Source: Octopus sinensis
Taxonomy: Eukaryota
Assembly (NCBI RefSeq): GCF_006345805.1
Contig: NW_021824695.1
Span: forward strand, 1-36,308
DNA: 36,308 nt
Direction of reading: 5' to 3'
In this document: one piece after another, positions 1 to 12,576 of the stretch
Position numbering within the stretch: the stretch's first letter is position 1
How the letters are laid out: each line of letters begins with the position of its first letter
Program-made: the position numbers and the translations under genes
Notes under the pieces: generated by a model
The model's input: the letters and a program-made list of their open reading frames with translations, nothing else
Database searches by the model: none
Told to the model about the DNA's origin: nothing

Positions 1-72
1 ATATATATAATATATAAATATATATATATAAAATAAATATATATAAATATATATATATATATAAATTATTAT

Positions 73-104
<32 letters not shown>

Positions 105-205
105 AATTATATATAAATATATATATATTTTTAAATATATATATATATAATCTATATAAATATATATATAATATTATAATATATATATATAAATACATAC
201 ATATA
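1..205. repeat. (TA)n-rich low-complexity microsatellite
   Basis: Almost pure A/T alternation, read directly from the sequence. Confidence 0.95.
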
Positions 206-665
206 CGTGAATCTTCTCTGGATTGCTTCAAGATCCGCTGTTAATCTTACACTGGTGGGTGACCATAGTTGTGAGCAGTTATCCAGGTGGATGAGGACGA
301 ATGTCCGCCAGAGGACCATCATGGTTTCCTTATCTCTGGTTCTGGATGTTCTAGGATCCATCCAGCCAGTCGTCTACACTTTGTTGCCATCGTTGTAATG
401 TGCACTTGGAAAGAGTCGATACCCAGGTCCCTCAGTGATTTAATCTCTGGGATTGAAATTCCCTGTGGACCAGTGTGCCCTGTAAGTTTCATATTCAGTT
501 TTGGATGCTGGTAGCGCAGGACTTGGAACTTTTCAGCATTAAACTGCATATTTTTTATCCTCAGCCCATCTGTAAATTGAGTCCAACTCCTGCTTCAGGT
601 GTGCAACATCGCTGGGGTTCTGTATTTTCTGCGAGACTTTCGTATCATTTGCATAGCTTGCGTAG
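205..665 (-). mobile_element. Decayed CR1/L2-type LINE reverse transcriptase C-terminal fragment
   Basis: Minus-strand frames give SYANDTK (degenerate YADD), LDSIYRWAEDK-MQFNAEKF, LRDLGI, LAGWIL, LWRTFVLIHLDNCSQLWSP and LEAIQRRFT, the usual CR1 RT-to-C-terminus motif order. The sequence is frameshifted. Confidence 0.8.
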
Positions 666-2001
666 GTTGCTACCCGGCTTTTGAGGGCATATCTGCACAT
701 ATTTCATCCCCTACTGTTCACCTGCCCTGGAAGCACTTCCTTTTTCTCACGCATTCTCAAGATCATCTCTTACCACCTGAATTTCCCGCACCTTTCCCCA
801 TTATCTCAGCTTTTTTTTATACTGTTTCTACTCTTATGTGCCTCTGACTTCGTCTCTGGCATTGTGTATCTACCTCGCACACATCTACATGCATCACATC
901 ATCTTTTTTGTCATCTTATAGCTCTCTGTTTCACACCTACTTCTCCTAGCTTCCCCTCCAACTGATATTCACGATCGACTACACCTCCATCACATTTGCC
1001 ACTCATTACATTTTCCTCTATCCCTATCTCTAACGTTTTGCCGCTCTTCTTCACACTCCCACGAAAATTACTTATCTATTCATTCTACTTCTCTAATACT
1101 CGCCTTCTCGTAATTTTAGAGTGCACCCTGATACATCTTCACTACTGCCATCATTTTTTTCAAACTTGGGTAACCATATATCTCCCCAAAGTGAGATACC
1201 TGTTCCTGTCCCTCTATCATACTTTAACCTCTCATCAACTGGTATAAAGTCACCTCCCTCAAATCTTAGGTGTTACTTGGTGACCTAGGCCGGCCACGTA
1301 AAAAGCAACCATTACACTGTAAAGTGGTTGGCTGTTGCAGTGGTAAGAAATTCAATACTGTCGTTAAGTTGATGTTGTTTGCAATAAATACGGAAGTTAG
1401 AAATACTCATGCGGCGAAGAAAGACTTTAGCTTAGTAACAAGTACTATTCTTAATCATTTTAGCAAATACAAGAGACATCCCCGGACGGGCTTGTTTAGT
1501 ATTAGTAAACTTTTGTGAAGGACAGACCTTATTGTAACAGACTAAGTAATAATAGTTTATCACACTGCCAAGTAGTAGTATAGTGAAGGGAAGGTCTTTT
1601 AACCATAAACATGTGGCAATTACAATGAAAAGATATAGAACTAAGATCGCCATTTTCACTAGCTGTCTGAGGTACAGTTGATTCGAATACCTGGCTGTAT
1701 TAAAATACAGAAAAAGAGAGGGAGAGAGAATTTCTCTCCCCACCCCCGTTCTAATGCCTGAAATATTCTAAACAAGAGGCAAACTTAGGCAAATTGAAGA
1801 CACTCTATGTCAAAAAGAAATGAAAAAAGGAAATTAAAACAAAAACTAAACTATGAAGATAATAGTTTTAAAGACTATGACAACAATTAAGAAACAAATA
1901 GATGCAACATTTCCAGGAGACATATAAATAACATCAGAAGAAATGAGATTCACAGTATCACCGTATGGCTTTTAGCATTAAAATTAGAACGGAGAATAAT
2001 T

Positions 2002-2075
2002 TCACCTATGGGACTTGCTGCATTCAACATTAAGTTTGTCACCTATGGGACTTACTGCATTCAACATTAAGTTTA
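2002..2075. repeat. 37-bp tandem duplication
   Basis: tcacctatgggactt(g/a)ctgcattcaacattaagttt occurs twice, head to tail. Confidence 0.9.
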
Positions 2076-2939
2076 GTTATGGTCGGCTATTTTATTAATA
2101 TACAGCAGTTTTTGAGATTCTGAACTAAATATGGAATAGAATCTTAAAGGTTACATCATCAAATGTAACCTTTAAGCAATGAGATTAAATAACCAATGGC
2201 AACTCTAAACGTGTAAAATCAGAAGAAACAGCAGGCTGCTATTGAAAGCATATGGTTTTTTGACAAGTAGATCGACATGAAATGTCTTGAACAGCTGAAA
2301 CAGAATGTTGATTAAATATCATGATTTCTTATTAATAAGATTATAATTCCCGCACCGCATGCGCGCGAACACACACACACCTGTGTTGTTATATCAAATA
2401 CATGTTTTATTATTTTTATTCGGCTAAAAGTTAAGTGATACAATCGTCAAGGTTTCGTGCAGAGTACTTCTCAAAGTTTGGTATACTCATATACTGAGTG
2501 CTAATTAATTTCACACATACACACACTCATCAAGAACGAGAGTGCAATTAACAAATCCTTAAAAATTATCACCTGCCACAGTAAAGCAAAAATTTACAAC
2601 AAATTAAGTAACAAAAGAATTACATACGTCCTACGTAATCGCCTACTATCTACCAAATATGATCAACAACACTTCGAAACGACATTAAGTAGATAATGAA
2701 ATTTCTGCTCTAATAATAAAATACTTGGTGTGACTACCACAGCAATAATGAAAAAAGTAATATTTACACTAGAATCACCAAAAGGACTTGCTTCACAATC
2801 TTTTAAAAGAACAGTAAAGCAAACGTAACGCGAAATTAAAGAAATCACTAAGCTTTATTTTGTACACAAGAATATGATAAAATTGAACTTGTACTGGTCA
2901 ATAAGTGCAACAGATCAAGTAACTCTTGCTTCGACTACA

Positions 2940-2964
2940 TAGTAGTAGTAGTAGTAGTAGTAGT
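2940..2964. repeat. (TAG)n microsatellite
   Basis: Read directly from the sequence. Confidence 0.9.
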
Positions 2965-3387
2965 AACAGTTTTGAAGATCCTCATCGGTAATAAAGAGTA
3001 GATATTAGCAGTGACTTCAATAACAGTGGCTGTATCAGTCTTACTTAGTAGAAGCAGCATTACATTAGGTAACAAAATTTTGCAAAAGTTTCGTTTGCCT
3101 CAATTTTTTTTTTGTGTTTATTATGCAAATAGTCGTGCTGATTTCGAAAATGATCTTATTTTTTCTCTACAATAGACTGTTGCTGAGATAAATCAAATTA
3201 GCTAATTATTGACAAATACAATGTTTAAGGGAAGGAACATTTGCTCATTTGTATCTAGAATTTGGGCTAGCTAAAGAAAATCGTATTTTTGGTTTAACGT
3301 AAATCTCTAATGAATGATTAGTGGTACTCAACAAGCATGCTAATTTCATTTTAGTTTTATAAAATTGATAGACTCTATTCTTGTGTT

Positions 3388-3507
3388 GTAGAGGAACTGG
3401 CCATTAAGGTGTATGTTGATATAGTACTAATATATTTTTCTTCCTACGTAGTAGAGAGACTGTCCATTGAGGTGTATATTAATATAGTACAAGTATTTTT
3501 TTCTTCT
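3388..3507. repeat. Imperfect ~63-bp tandem duplication
   Basis: gtagaggaactggccattaaggtgtatgttgatatagtac... at 3388 is repeated as gtagagagactgtccattgaggtgtatattaatatagtac... at 3451. Confidence 0.75.
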
Positions 3508-3566
3508 TTCGGCTCTGTATTACATTACTCTAAATTTTCTTGAAAATTGCAACAAGATGAGGCAAA

Positions 3567-3705
3567 AATTCACCAGATTGTTTCTGTTATGTGTGCGGAA
3601 TCTATGTTCGAACAAAATATGTATCACATATAAATTGTGAAAAGTGTCAAATACACGATCGCTTACAGACACTACCTTGGAATGAAATAGGGTGACCGAG
3701 ATAAG
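3567..3705 (+). mobile_element. N-terminal remnant of an invertebrate DNA transposase (possibly Chapaev/CMC-like; superfamily uncertain)
   Basis: Translates as NSPDCFCYVCG and then, in another frame, AYRHYLGMK*GDRDK. This resembles the CxNxPDxFCYICG...AYxxYFGxKLGDQDK N-terminus that I recall from a widespread transposase family. It is cut off at the Tx1 breakpoint. Confidence 0.5.
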
Positions 3706-3729
3706 ACTATTCCGAGATAATGCTATTCC

Positions 3730-5985
3730 GTCTGGACCGAACCAAACCCCTAGCAATTTAATCGGACCCTCCGTCCAACGTCCCACGACGCTGTCAGGAG
3801 GCATCGGCTTGCCTCTCCAGGTGCCGAGTTGCAATCCGACTGACTTTTCGCGATTAACTTTTGCTCCTGTCACCGTCTCGTAAACCTCTATGGCCTTGCC
3901 TACTTTACGTAGGTGGTCCATTTCGGTTACGATGATGGTGATGTCATCCGCGTACGCTGACACCGATTTTCCACTACCTGGCTGTCTCGGGATGCCGCTC
4001 AGTTTTCGCAGTAATGGCTCAAGAGCCATCACGTACAAAAGCGGGGAGAGCGGACACCCTTGACGAACCGAGCGCTTGATGTTGAACGGCTTCGACAAGA
4101 AGCCGTTCACCCGAACTACCCAGTCGATGTTGTCGTAAATTTGGATAATCCACCTGAGGAAGCCAAGGCTCACCCCGAACTGAGCCAGGGCAGATACCAG
4201 GTAGCGATGGTCGACCCTATCGAATGCTTTAGATTGGTCTAAATGGACCAGTGCCCCACCCTTGCCAGAATCGCTATTAAACCCCTCTATAGTGTACCGC
4301 ATAAGATGGAGATTATCCTGAATGGTTCTGCCAGGAACGGCATATGTCTGTGCCTCCCCGATCAGACCATCCGCGACACGCGCCAATCTTTTCGTTAACA
4401 CTTTGGCCAAAATCTTCAACAGAGTGATGGGCCTGAAATTATCAATGCACTGCCCCTTGCTCGGGTCCTTTCTGACGAGTGTCACTACTCCCCGGCGCAC
4501 AGATCTGGGTATGAGCCCGTTCTGCTGCCAGTTCGCATAGACCTCCGCCAGTAGGTGCCCGAACAAGTCTGGCATACTCTTATATAACTCATAGGGTAGA
4601 CCATCTAAACCCGGCGCCTTGCCCGCGCCGCAGTCCGCCATCGCCTCAACCATCTCCCCAGGCGTGATTGGCCCTTCACAGCCCTCCGCATCTCGCCCCG
4701 ATAAGCGCGGCAGCCCGTCGAGGAGGTCCGTAAAGGCCCTCCTCCTATCCAGTCCGCCGCACTCACCGAAAAGCTGAGCGAAGTGCTCCTGAAAGGCCTC
4801 ACACATCTCCTCGGGCTCGTTTATCAACTCACCTTGTTGGTTCGTCATAGATCGAATCGTGGCATCGTTACCACGCTGAGCTTCCACCACTCGGGCCCAT
4901 CTCACGGCGTTGATTCCTTCACAACCCATTGCGCGGATCCTAGCCCTGACAATGCAGCCCATGTGTTTGGCCTCGAGGTGCTGGTTTAACACCAGTCTCT
5001 TGGACATCACCTGAGCCGCAGAGCCAGTTTTCAAGGCTTCCTCTAATTCCTTAACTAGAGTAGTTTCCCTCCTAGCCTCTCTAGCCACTACTCCTATGCT
5101 ATATCTAATTTACTCGAATTTGATGGCTCGTTTGAGGGCGTACCACCATTTGTTATTAATGATGGTACCAGATAGTGCCCTCTGAATTATAGTCCTAATC
5201 CGGTCTCTGTACTCCTTAATCGCCAAAAGGGACGTATTAAGTTTCCAGTAACCGGATCCTCTATTTTTAACCTTATCTATGTCAAGCTTACAGGTGACCA
5301 TTTTGTGATCACTGTAGCTGACCAGGTAAAACTGTGGACACTTAGCTATTTTTCTGTCTACTTTTCTAATTAGTATCCTATCTAAATATGACCTGGAAGA
5401 TCCGTCGCTGTTTGACCATGTCCACAATGGAGCGTTCGGAAATTCCAACCTATAAGGATCTGCTAGCTCAAAGCGGCTTAGCAGTTCCATGAAGCCACTG
5501 TTACCTTTTCTATCTGGACACGAGCCAACACAATCTACATCCGCTTTGCAAATTGTGTTAAAGTCTCCTAGCATAACTAATGAATGCGAAGTACCAAGAA
5601 AGTTTTCCAGTTCTCGAAAATAATCACTTTGCCCTTTATGGTTGGGTGCGTAAATTGCAACCAGTCTGATAACTTTACCGTTACTGAACGTCAAATCCAT
5701 GACGACCAGCCTACCTTCTGGATCTGCAAAAATTAACTTTTTCTCAGAAACCCGGTTTCTTTTTAATAGGACCAACACCCCACCCCCGCCTGTAGGACTG
5801 CCAGGAGAGAAAAAACTCTCGTAGCCGTCAAACAGCGGGAGTAGACCTCTTGGCCCCTCTAACTGGGTTTCTGTAGCAACAATAACATCTAAATTACGCG
5901 ACCTGATATCATTAAGGAAGCGACCTTGCTTCCAGCTTGATCCCAGGCCGCGCACATTTAAACAACCAACATGAATGTAATCCAT
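3730..5985 (-). pseudogene. Unit D ORF2 (APE endonuclease plus RT), with a nonsense codon and truncation
   Basis: Motifs LNVRG, ATET, IYAPN, GDFN, YLDRI, SDH, DQSKAFDRV, QGCPLSP and YADD. An in-frame TAA lies at 5110-5112, where A and C have TCT. A 12-nt in-frame deletion removes NTEL. Confidence 0.92.
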
Positions 5986-5993
5986 TACTTACC

Positions 5994-7272
5994 TTATATC
6001 AGTGGTTCGGTTTTTTCTTTTTCTTCTTTGTTTGTCTCTTTTTCTGGGCCTCGTGGGGGAGTCTGACGCAGGCCCTCGAATATATATGGAGATGTTATAT
6101 CCATTCTGAGCGGGCCCACGTCATGAAAAAATTCGGACTTTATCCGTCCGTAATCCTTCAGGCCTATTCTGTACAATATATAGTCATTTTTCCACCTTGG
6201 CCATAGCTGCCAACACATTACCGAGTCTATTGTTCGAGGCCTTTATGGCCATAAATGAGTTCAACGACTCTCTTTTCTTCTTTTGGTTTACTTTGGGAGG
6301 GGTGGTTTCAGTTTTTCTTTTTTTCCTGGTGATTTTTGACCACCCCTCCTCATTTTTTGTTTCCTCGCTCTTTGTTTCCTCCGCCGCCGGTTCCGCTGCC
6401 TCTGTCACCTCCACACCTTCAGCCGTCCCTTCTGGGTCGCCCGGCGCTGCTTCTGGTGACACCTCTTCTTTTCTTCCACTTGGCTGAGCTGCTTCCTGCG
6501 GTTTGGGCTGGCATTCTGCCCTTACGTGCCCTTTCTTGCCGCAGCCGAAGCACCTCGGCTTTCTGCCCTCTACGAAGACTGTGACTCTATCTTCTTCACT
6601 TATTTTTAGAGTCTCTGGTATCTCTTCCAGTGTTTGTATTTCTGCCTGGATGGCTATTATTATCCGCTGCCCTTTCCAGAATTCTTCCTCCTCTACTGTG
6701 GCCTGGAGGATGTTTATTTTTTCCTCCAGGCCTACCATAACTGCTGCCACCAGACATGCGGCATCCGCTTCTGGCGGAATATTATTCATTGTGATCTTTG
6801 AGGTTCTTTTGCCTCTATACAGGGGGAGGAGAACAATATTCTCCGCTTTTATTGGTTCCATAGATAGCTTTTGGGCTACCTCCTCTGTTGTGAATCTCAC
6901 CTCCACTGTGCCGTATTTCTTCCCTCTATTGATGTATGTGATCTTATCCATTATCGGTTTTAGGCAGTTTTCAATTTTTTTCTCCTTTATTTTTTGTATA
7001 GATTTACTTGTTATATTGAAGGTCTTATATATTATTCTTCTTTTTGAAATCTCTTCCTGCTTTTGGGCATTTGTAACCACTGTTACTTCCGTGCCCTCTT
7101 TTGTCATACAGTCTGCGTATTTCTTTAGGTCTTCAACGTTAATTGTTTTTATTTTCTTACCAGCTACTTCAGAGAATTTTTTCACTGGTGCTGGGGTTTC
7201 TTTTTTCTTTGGCGACACCGTCGGTGATCCTGCATCACTAGACACAGGTGAATATGAGATGGGGGAGTCCAT
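5994..7272 (-). pseudogene. Unit D ORF1 (gag-like, CCHC zinc knuckle), frameshifted near the C-terminus
   Basis: The ATG at 7272 (MDSPISY) aligns with the starts of A and C. Knuckle CFGCGKKGHVRAEC. The frameshift lies in an A5 run near 6187-6191, and the C-terminus ...EKTEPLI continues in the other frame. Confidence 0.9.
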
Positions 7273-7745
7273 CTCCGACAACTGGCTTAACAAGCTCTTG
7301 GCACAAGCCGCAATAATGATAGTTTTTTCCCCACGGAGGGGGGAACACCAACACGAAGCCCTCGCACGAAGGCTGACTGCAACAGTTGTACAACAACAGA
7401 CAAAGACAATTAGACACACAGTAGAATATAACGGAGAAAATATACGCAACGGAAAAATATAATAACTCACTACACACGCGATTTGCTTTCCTCCATGTTG
7501 TTTTATTATTACCCACAAGGGGCGAACATAGATGGGACAATACAATTTGATGATGGGGTCAGACACACGAATGGATTTTTACAATAAAACGAATTTTAAA
7601 ATTTTCATGAAATTACAATAAATGGACAGAAATCGAATGATGTAACAGACCGGAAGACATTACGGGTGGAGTGGGTGCGGGTTTAGCTCGGACCCCACGA
7701 GCCCCGCCTCCCCACTGATACTTTTGGTTACGCTTGGTCTTACAT

Positions 7746-10700
7746 TTATGTTGTATCATTCACTCGCAACTTTTGTGCTACATCTTTCCATCGTTCTTCA
7801 TACACTCTCCTAGTCAGGCATATTCTCTCCAGCCCTATCTTCCTTTTCAGGTGAAAGATGAAATAATTCATTAAACCAGGGCCGGAGATGAACTTGCCTG
7901 ACTGTAGACCTTTCATTCTCGTCTTCCATATCACCTCTTTCGCAATTGCTACTACAACGAGAAAACGAAACTTACCTTCATTCACGAGGAAATCCGGTGG
8001 GTCAATTTTTGTAATCGACTCAGCCGACAGCTGTACTCTTCGTGTAACTGACAACAGCTGTTCGGTATAAAACCACACCTCAGACACGTCCGGACAATGA
8101 ACAATAGCGTGCGGGACGGTTTCCCTATCCCGCCCGCATCTTGGAGATATCGGACTGTCTTGGCCACCGTGCCTTGCGAGTTTATCCCGAACAGGTAGAG
8201 CTCCTCTGTAGCATTGCCATGCCAGAGACTTCTGGAAGTTGTCCAGTGTCCTCGGCTTGAACGTACGTCGGAACAGACTGACCAGCTGATTATCGTCGAG
8301 ACCTAGGGTTTCCCCCAAGGTATCTTCACATTCCGCCTCTACCAACCCTCTATAGAAGAATGTGGTGGAACCCCCACCGCAGGCGTTGCCCGAGCGACGG
8401 AATAGCAGGAGAGCCTTCCGACACTCCGTGTACCAAGTACCAAGTTTCGATCTACGATTCAGCCAGGTTTCCCGTCCACCGAAACTAGTGAACTTGGGAA
8501 ACATCAGTTTTGCTAGCGAAGACCACACCCGTTCACCATCCAGGTAGAGCCACAGATGTCTTAACCTCAGCGCATGTCTGCGCATCATCAGCCAAGGCAT
8601 CCCTAGCCCACCCTTTAACGGTTGTTGACAGCAAGTAGAGCGTTTCACAAGTGGTTTCCCGCCCTTCCACAAGAAGTAGAAGAGCTGTCTTTCCAACTTG
8701 ATCAACCACGAATCAGGGCAAGGAACGACGGAAACCGATGCGATGAACACATTGGCCACCTCCGCCCTCCCTTTCAGGGATAGCCACCGCCAAGACCAGG
8801 TCTTGGCTACTGCAGTCACCTTGCTCGTTACCTCGCCCCAATTCTTCTCTATTTGGAGGTCTGGACCGAACCAGACCCCTAGCAATTTAATCGGACCCTC
8901 CGTCCAACGTCCCACGACGCTGTCAGGAGGCATCGACTTGCCTCTCCAGGTGCCGAGTTGCAATCCGACTGACTTTTCGCGATTAACTTTTGCTCCTGTC
9001 ACCGTCTCGTAAACCTCTATGGCCTTGCCTACTTTACATAGGTGGTCCATTTCGGTTACGATGATGGTGATGTCATCCGCGTACGCTGACACTGATTTTC
9101 CATTACCTGGCTGTCTCGGGATGCCGCTCAGTTTTCGCAGTAATGGCTCTAGAGCCATCACGTACAAAAGCGGGGAGAGCGGACACCCTTGACGAACCGA
9201 GCGTTTGATTTTGAACGGCTTCGACAAGAAGCCGTTCACCCGAACTACCGAGTCGATGTTATCATAAATTTGGATAATCCACCTGAGGAAGCCAAGGCTC
9301 AGCCCTAACTGTGCCAGGGCAGATACCAGGTAACGATGGTCGACCCTATCAAAAGCTTTAGATTGGTCTAAATGGACCAGTGCCCCACCCTTGCCAGAAT
9401 CACTATTAAACCCCTCTATAGTGTACCGCATTAGATGGAGATTATCCTGAATGGATCTGCCCGGAACGGCACATGTCTATGCCCCTCCGATCAGACCATC
9501 CGCGACATGCGCCAATCTTTTTGATAACACTTTGGCCAAAATCTTCAACTCTGTGTTTAGCAGAGTGATGGGCCTGAAATTATCAATGCACTCTCCCTTG
9601 CTCGGGTCCTTTCTGACGAGTGTCACTACTCCCCGGCGCACAGATCTGGGTATAAGCCCGTTCTGCTGCCAGTTCGCATAGACTTCCGCTAGTAGGTGCC
9701 CGAACAAGTCTGGCATATTCTTATATAACTCATAGGGTAGACCATCCAAACCCGGCGCCTTGCCCGCGCCGCAGTCCGCCATTGCCTCAACCACCTCCTC
9801 AGGCGTGATTGGCCCTTCACAGCCCTCCGCATCTCGCCCCGATAAGCGCGGCAGCCCGTCGAGTAGGTCCGTAAAGGCCCTCCTCCTATCCAGTCCACCG
9901 CACTCACCGAAAAGCTGAGCGAAGTGCTCCTGAAAGGCCTCACACATCTCCTCGGGTTCGTTTATCAACTCACCTTGTTGGTTCGTCAAAGATCGAATCG
10001 TGGCATCGTTACCATGCTGTGCTTCCACCACTCGGGCCCATCTCACGGCGTTGATTCCTTCACATCCCATATGGCGGATTCTAGCCCTGACAATGCAGCC
10101 CATGTGTTTGGCCTCGAGGTGCTGGTTTAACACCAGTCTCTTGGACATCACCTGAGCCGCGGAGCCAGTTTTCATGGCTTCCTCTAATTCCTTAACTAGA
10201 GTAGTTTCCCTTCTAGCCACTACTCCTATGCTATATCTAATAGACTCAAACTTGATGGCTCGTTTGAGGGCGTACCACCATTTGTTATTAATGATGGTAC
10301 CAGATAGTGCCCTCTGAATTATATTCCTAATCCGGTCTTTGTACTCCTTAATCGCCAAAAGGGACGTATTAAGTTTCCAGTAACCGGATCCTCTATTTTT
10401 AACCTTATCTATGTCAAGCTTACAAGTGACCATTTTATGATCACTGTAGCTGATCGGGTAAAACTGTGGACACTTAGCTATTTTACTGTCTACTTTTCTA
10501 ATTAGTATTCTATCTAAATATGACCTGGAAGATCAAATTGTGTTAAAGCCTCCTAGCACAACTAATGAATGCGAAGTACCAAGAAAGTTTTCTAGTTCAC
10601 GAAAATAATCACTTTGCCCTGTATGGTTGGGTGCGTAAATTGCAACCAGTCTGATAACTTTACCATTACTGAACGTCAAATCCATGACGACCAGCCTACC

Positions 10701-10970
10701 TTCTGGATCTGCAAAAATTAACTTTTTCTCAGAAACCCGGTTTCTTTTTAATAGGACCAACACCCCACTCCCGCCTGTAGGACTGCCAGGAGAGAAAAAA
10801 CTCTCGTAGCCGTCAAACAGCGGGAGCAGACCTCTTGGCCCCTCTAACCGGGTTTCTGTAGCAACAATAACATCTAAATTACGCGACCTGATATCATGCA
10901 GGAAGCAACCTTGCTTCCAGCCTGTTCCCAGGCCGCGCACATTCAAACAACCAACATAAATGCAATCCAT
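7746..10970 (-). pseudogene. Unit C ORF2 (endonuclease, RT, C-terminal zinc finger), inactivated
   Basis: One reading frame with two stops: a TGA created at a 147-nt deletion junction (10533-10535) and CAG>TAG at 9477-9479. GDFN has become GGFN and CPRC has become SPRC. There are further 9-nt and 15-nt in-frame deletions relative to A. Confidence 0.93.
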
Positions 10971-10979
10971 TACTTACCT

Positions 10980-12352
10980 TTATATCAGTGGTTCGGTTTT
11001 CTCTCGTTCTTCCAACTCTTTTTCTGGGCCTCGTGAGGGAGTCTGACGTAGGCCCTCGAATATATGTGGAGATGTCACCTCCAATCTAAGTGGGCCTACG
11101 TCGTGGAAGAATTCGGATTTTATCCGCCCGTAATCCTTCCGGCCTATTCTGTAGATCACAAAGTCATTTTTCTTTTCCACTTTCTCCACCTTGGCCATAG
11201 CAGCCAACACGTTTCCTAGTCTGCTATTCGCTGCCTTTACGGCCATATATGAGTCCATTGTCTCTCTCTTCTTTTTTAAAATTATTCTGGGAGGGGTGGT
11301 ATCCGTTTTTCTTTTTTTTTTTCGGTAATTTTTTTCCACCCCTCCTCATTTATCTTTTCCTCGCTCTTGTTCTCCTCCGCCGCTGGTTCTGCTGTCACCG
11401 TCACCTCCACACCTTCGGTCTTCCCTTCTGGGCCGTCCGACGTTGCTTCTGGTGACACTTCTTTTTCTCTTGGCTTCGGTGTTTCCTGCGGTTTGGGTTT
11501 GGGTTGGCATTCCGCCCTTACATGACCCTTCTTGCCGCAGCCGAAGCACCTCGGCCTCCTGCCCTCCACGAAAACAGTTATTTTTTCCTCTTCGCTAATT
11601 TTTACTGTTTCTGGAATTTCTTCCAGTGTTTGTGTCTCCGCCTGTATGGCTATCACTATCTTTTGTCCTTTCCAGAACTCCTCTTCTTCCACTGTGGCCT
11701 GGAGGATGTTTATTTTTTCCTCCAGGCCTACCATCACTGCTGCCACCAGACATTCTGCATCTGCCTCTGGGGGAATGTTGTTCATTGTGATTTTTGATGT
11801 CCGCTTTCCTCTATATAATGGTAATAGAACGATGTTTTCTGCTTTGAAAGTCTCCATTGATAGTTTTTTCGCTATCTCTTCAGAGGTAAAACGCACCTCC
11901 ACTGTGCCGTATCTTTTACCTCTGTTTATATATGTTATTTTGTCCATTATTGGTTTCAAACATAACTCTATTTTTTTCTCCTCGATTTTCTGAATCATTC
12001 TTGTAGCTGTGTTGTACGTTTTGTAAATAATTATTTTCCTCTCTATATCTTCATGTTTCTGTACGTCTGCGACCACAGTCACTTCCGTGCCCTCTTTCTT
12101 TACACTGTCTGCGAATTTTTCTAGATTTTCAACGTTTATTGTTTTAATTTTTTTCCCAGCTACTTCAGCGAATTTTTTCGCTGGAGTTGATGCTGGTATT
12201 GATTTTTCTATTTTCTGGGGCGACGCCGCCTCCTTTTTCTTCGGCGATAACGCCTCTTTTTTTCTTGGCGACAACGCCTCTTTTTTTCCTGATGTCAACG
12301 CCGGGTATTCGTCCTCGCTCGTCACGGGCGAATAGGAGATGGGGGACTCCAT
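10980..12352 (-). pseudogene. Unit C ORF1 (gag-like, CCHC), one frameshift in a poly-A run
   Basis: MESPISY start and CFGCGKKGHVRAEC knuckle. The T11 run at 11312-11322 would need 12 bases to keep frame. Confidence 0.9.
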
Positions 12353-12576
12353 CTTAAACAAATGGCTTTAACAAGCCTTTGGAGATTCCAAAATAATTGT
12401 AGTTTTCCCCCCCGGAGGGGGGAACACCAACGCGAAGTCCTCGCGTGAAGGCTGACTTCTTCAGTTAAACAACAGTAAACAAACAGGTATACAGACAATA
12501 TAGAAAAACAGAGATAATACTATGAGAGCAAAATATATAACTTACTAACAGACGCAAAAATTGATTTCAGACATGT

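Larger units (their letters stand above)
3730..7498 (-). mobile_element. Tx1-clade non-LTR retrotransposon, unit D (5' end present, 3' part lost)
   Basis: Contains the 5'UTR, ORF1 with a CCHC knuckle, the APE endonuclease and RT through YADD. Homology to units A and C stops at 3730. Confidence 0.93.
7499..12576 (-). mobile_element. Tx1-clade non-LTR retrotransposon, unit C (full length, decayed)
   Basis: 5'UTR, ORF1, ORF2, structured 3'UTR and a TAATAATAAAA tail are all present, bounded by the junction motifs. Confidence 0.95.

Noticed and set aside
700-1270. Purine-biased minus-strand stretch, possibly a decayed RTE-type LINE (KMMAVVKMYQGA)
   Set aside because: Only one weak motif; not enough to call.
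3520-3729. C-terminal ~70 aa of the 522-aa ORF in the track
   Set aside because: Read-through past the breakpoint at 3730 into unrelated flank; not part of ORF2.
6503-7462. Long plus-strand ORFs antisense to ORF1 (319 aa here, 275 aa at 18205-19032, F/L-rich ORFs at 13015-13395)
   Set aside because: They are shadows of A-rich K/E codons on the other strand. Their starts and ends are not conserved among copies, and the frame is shorter or broken in C.
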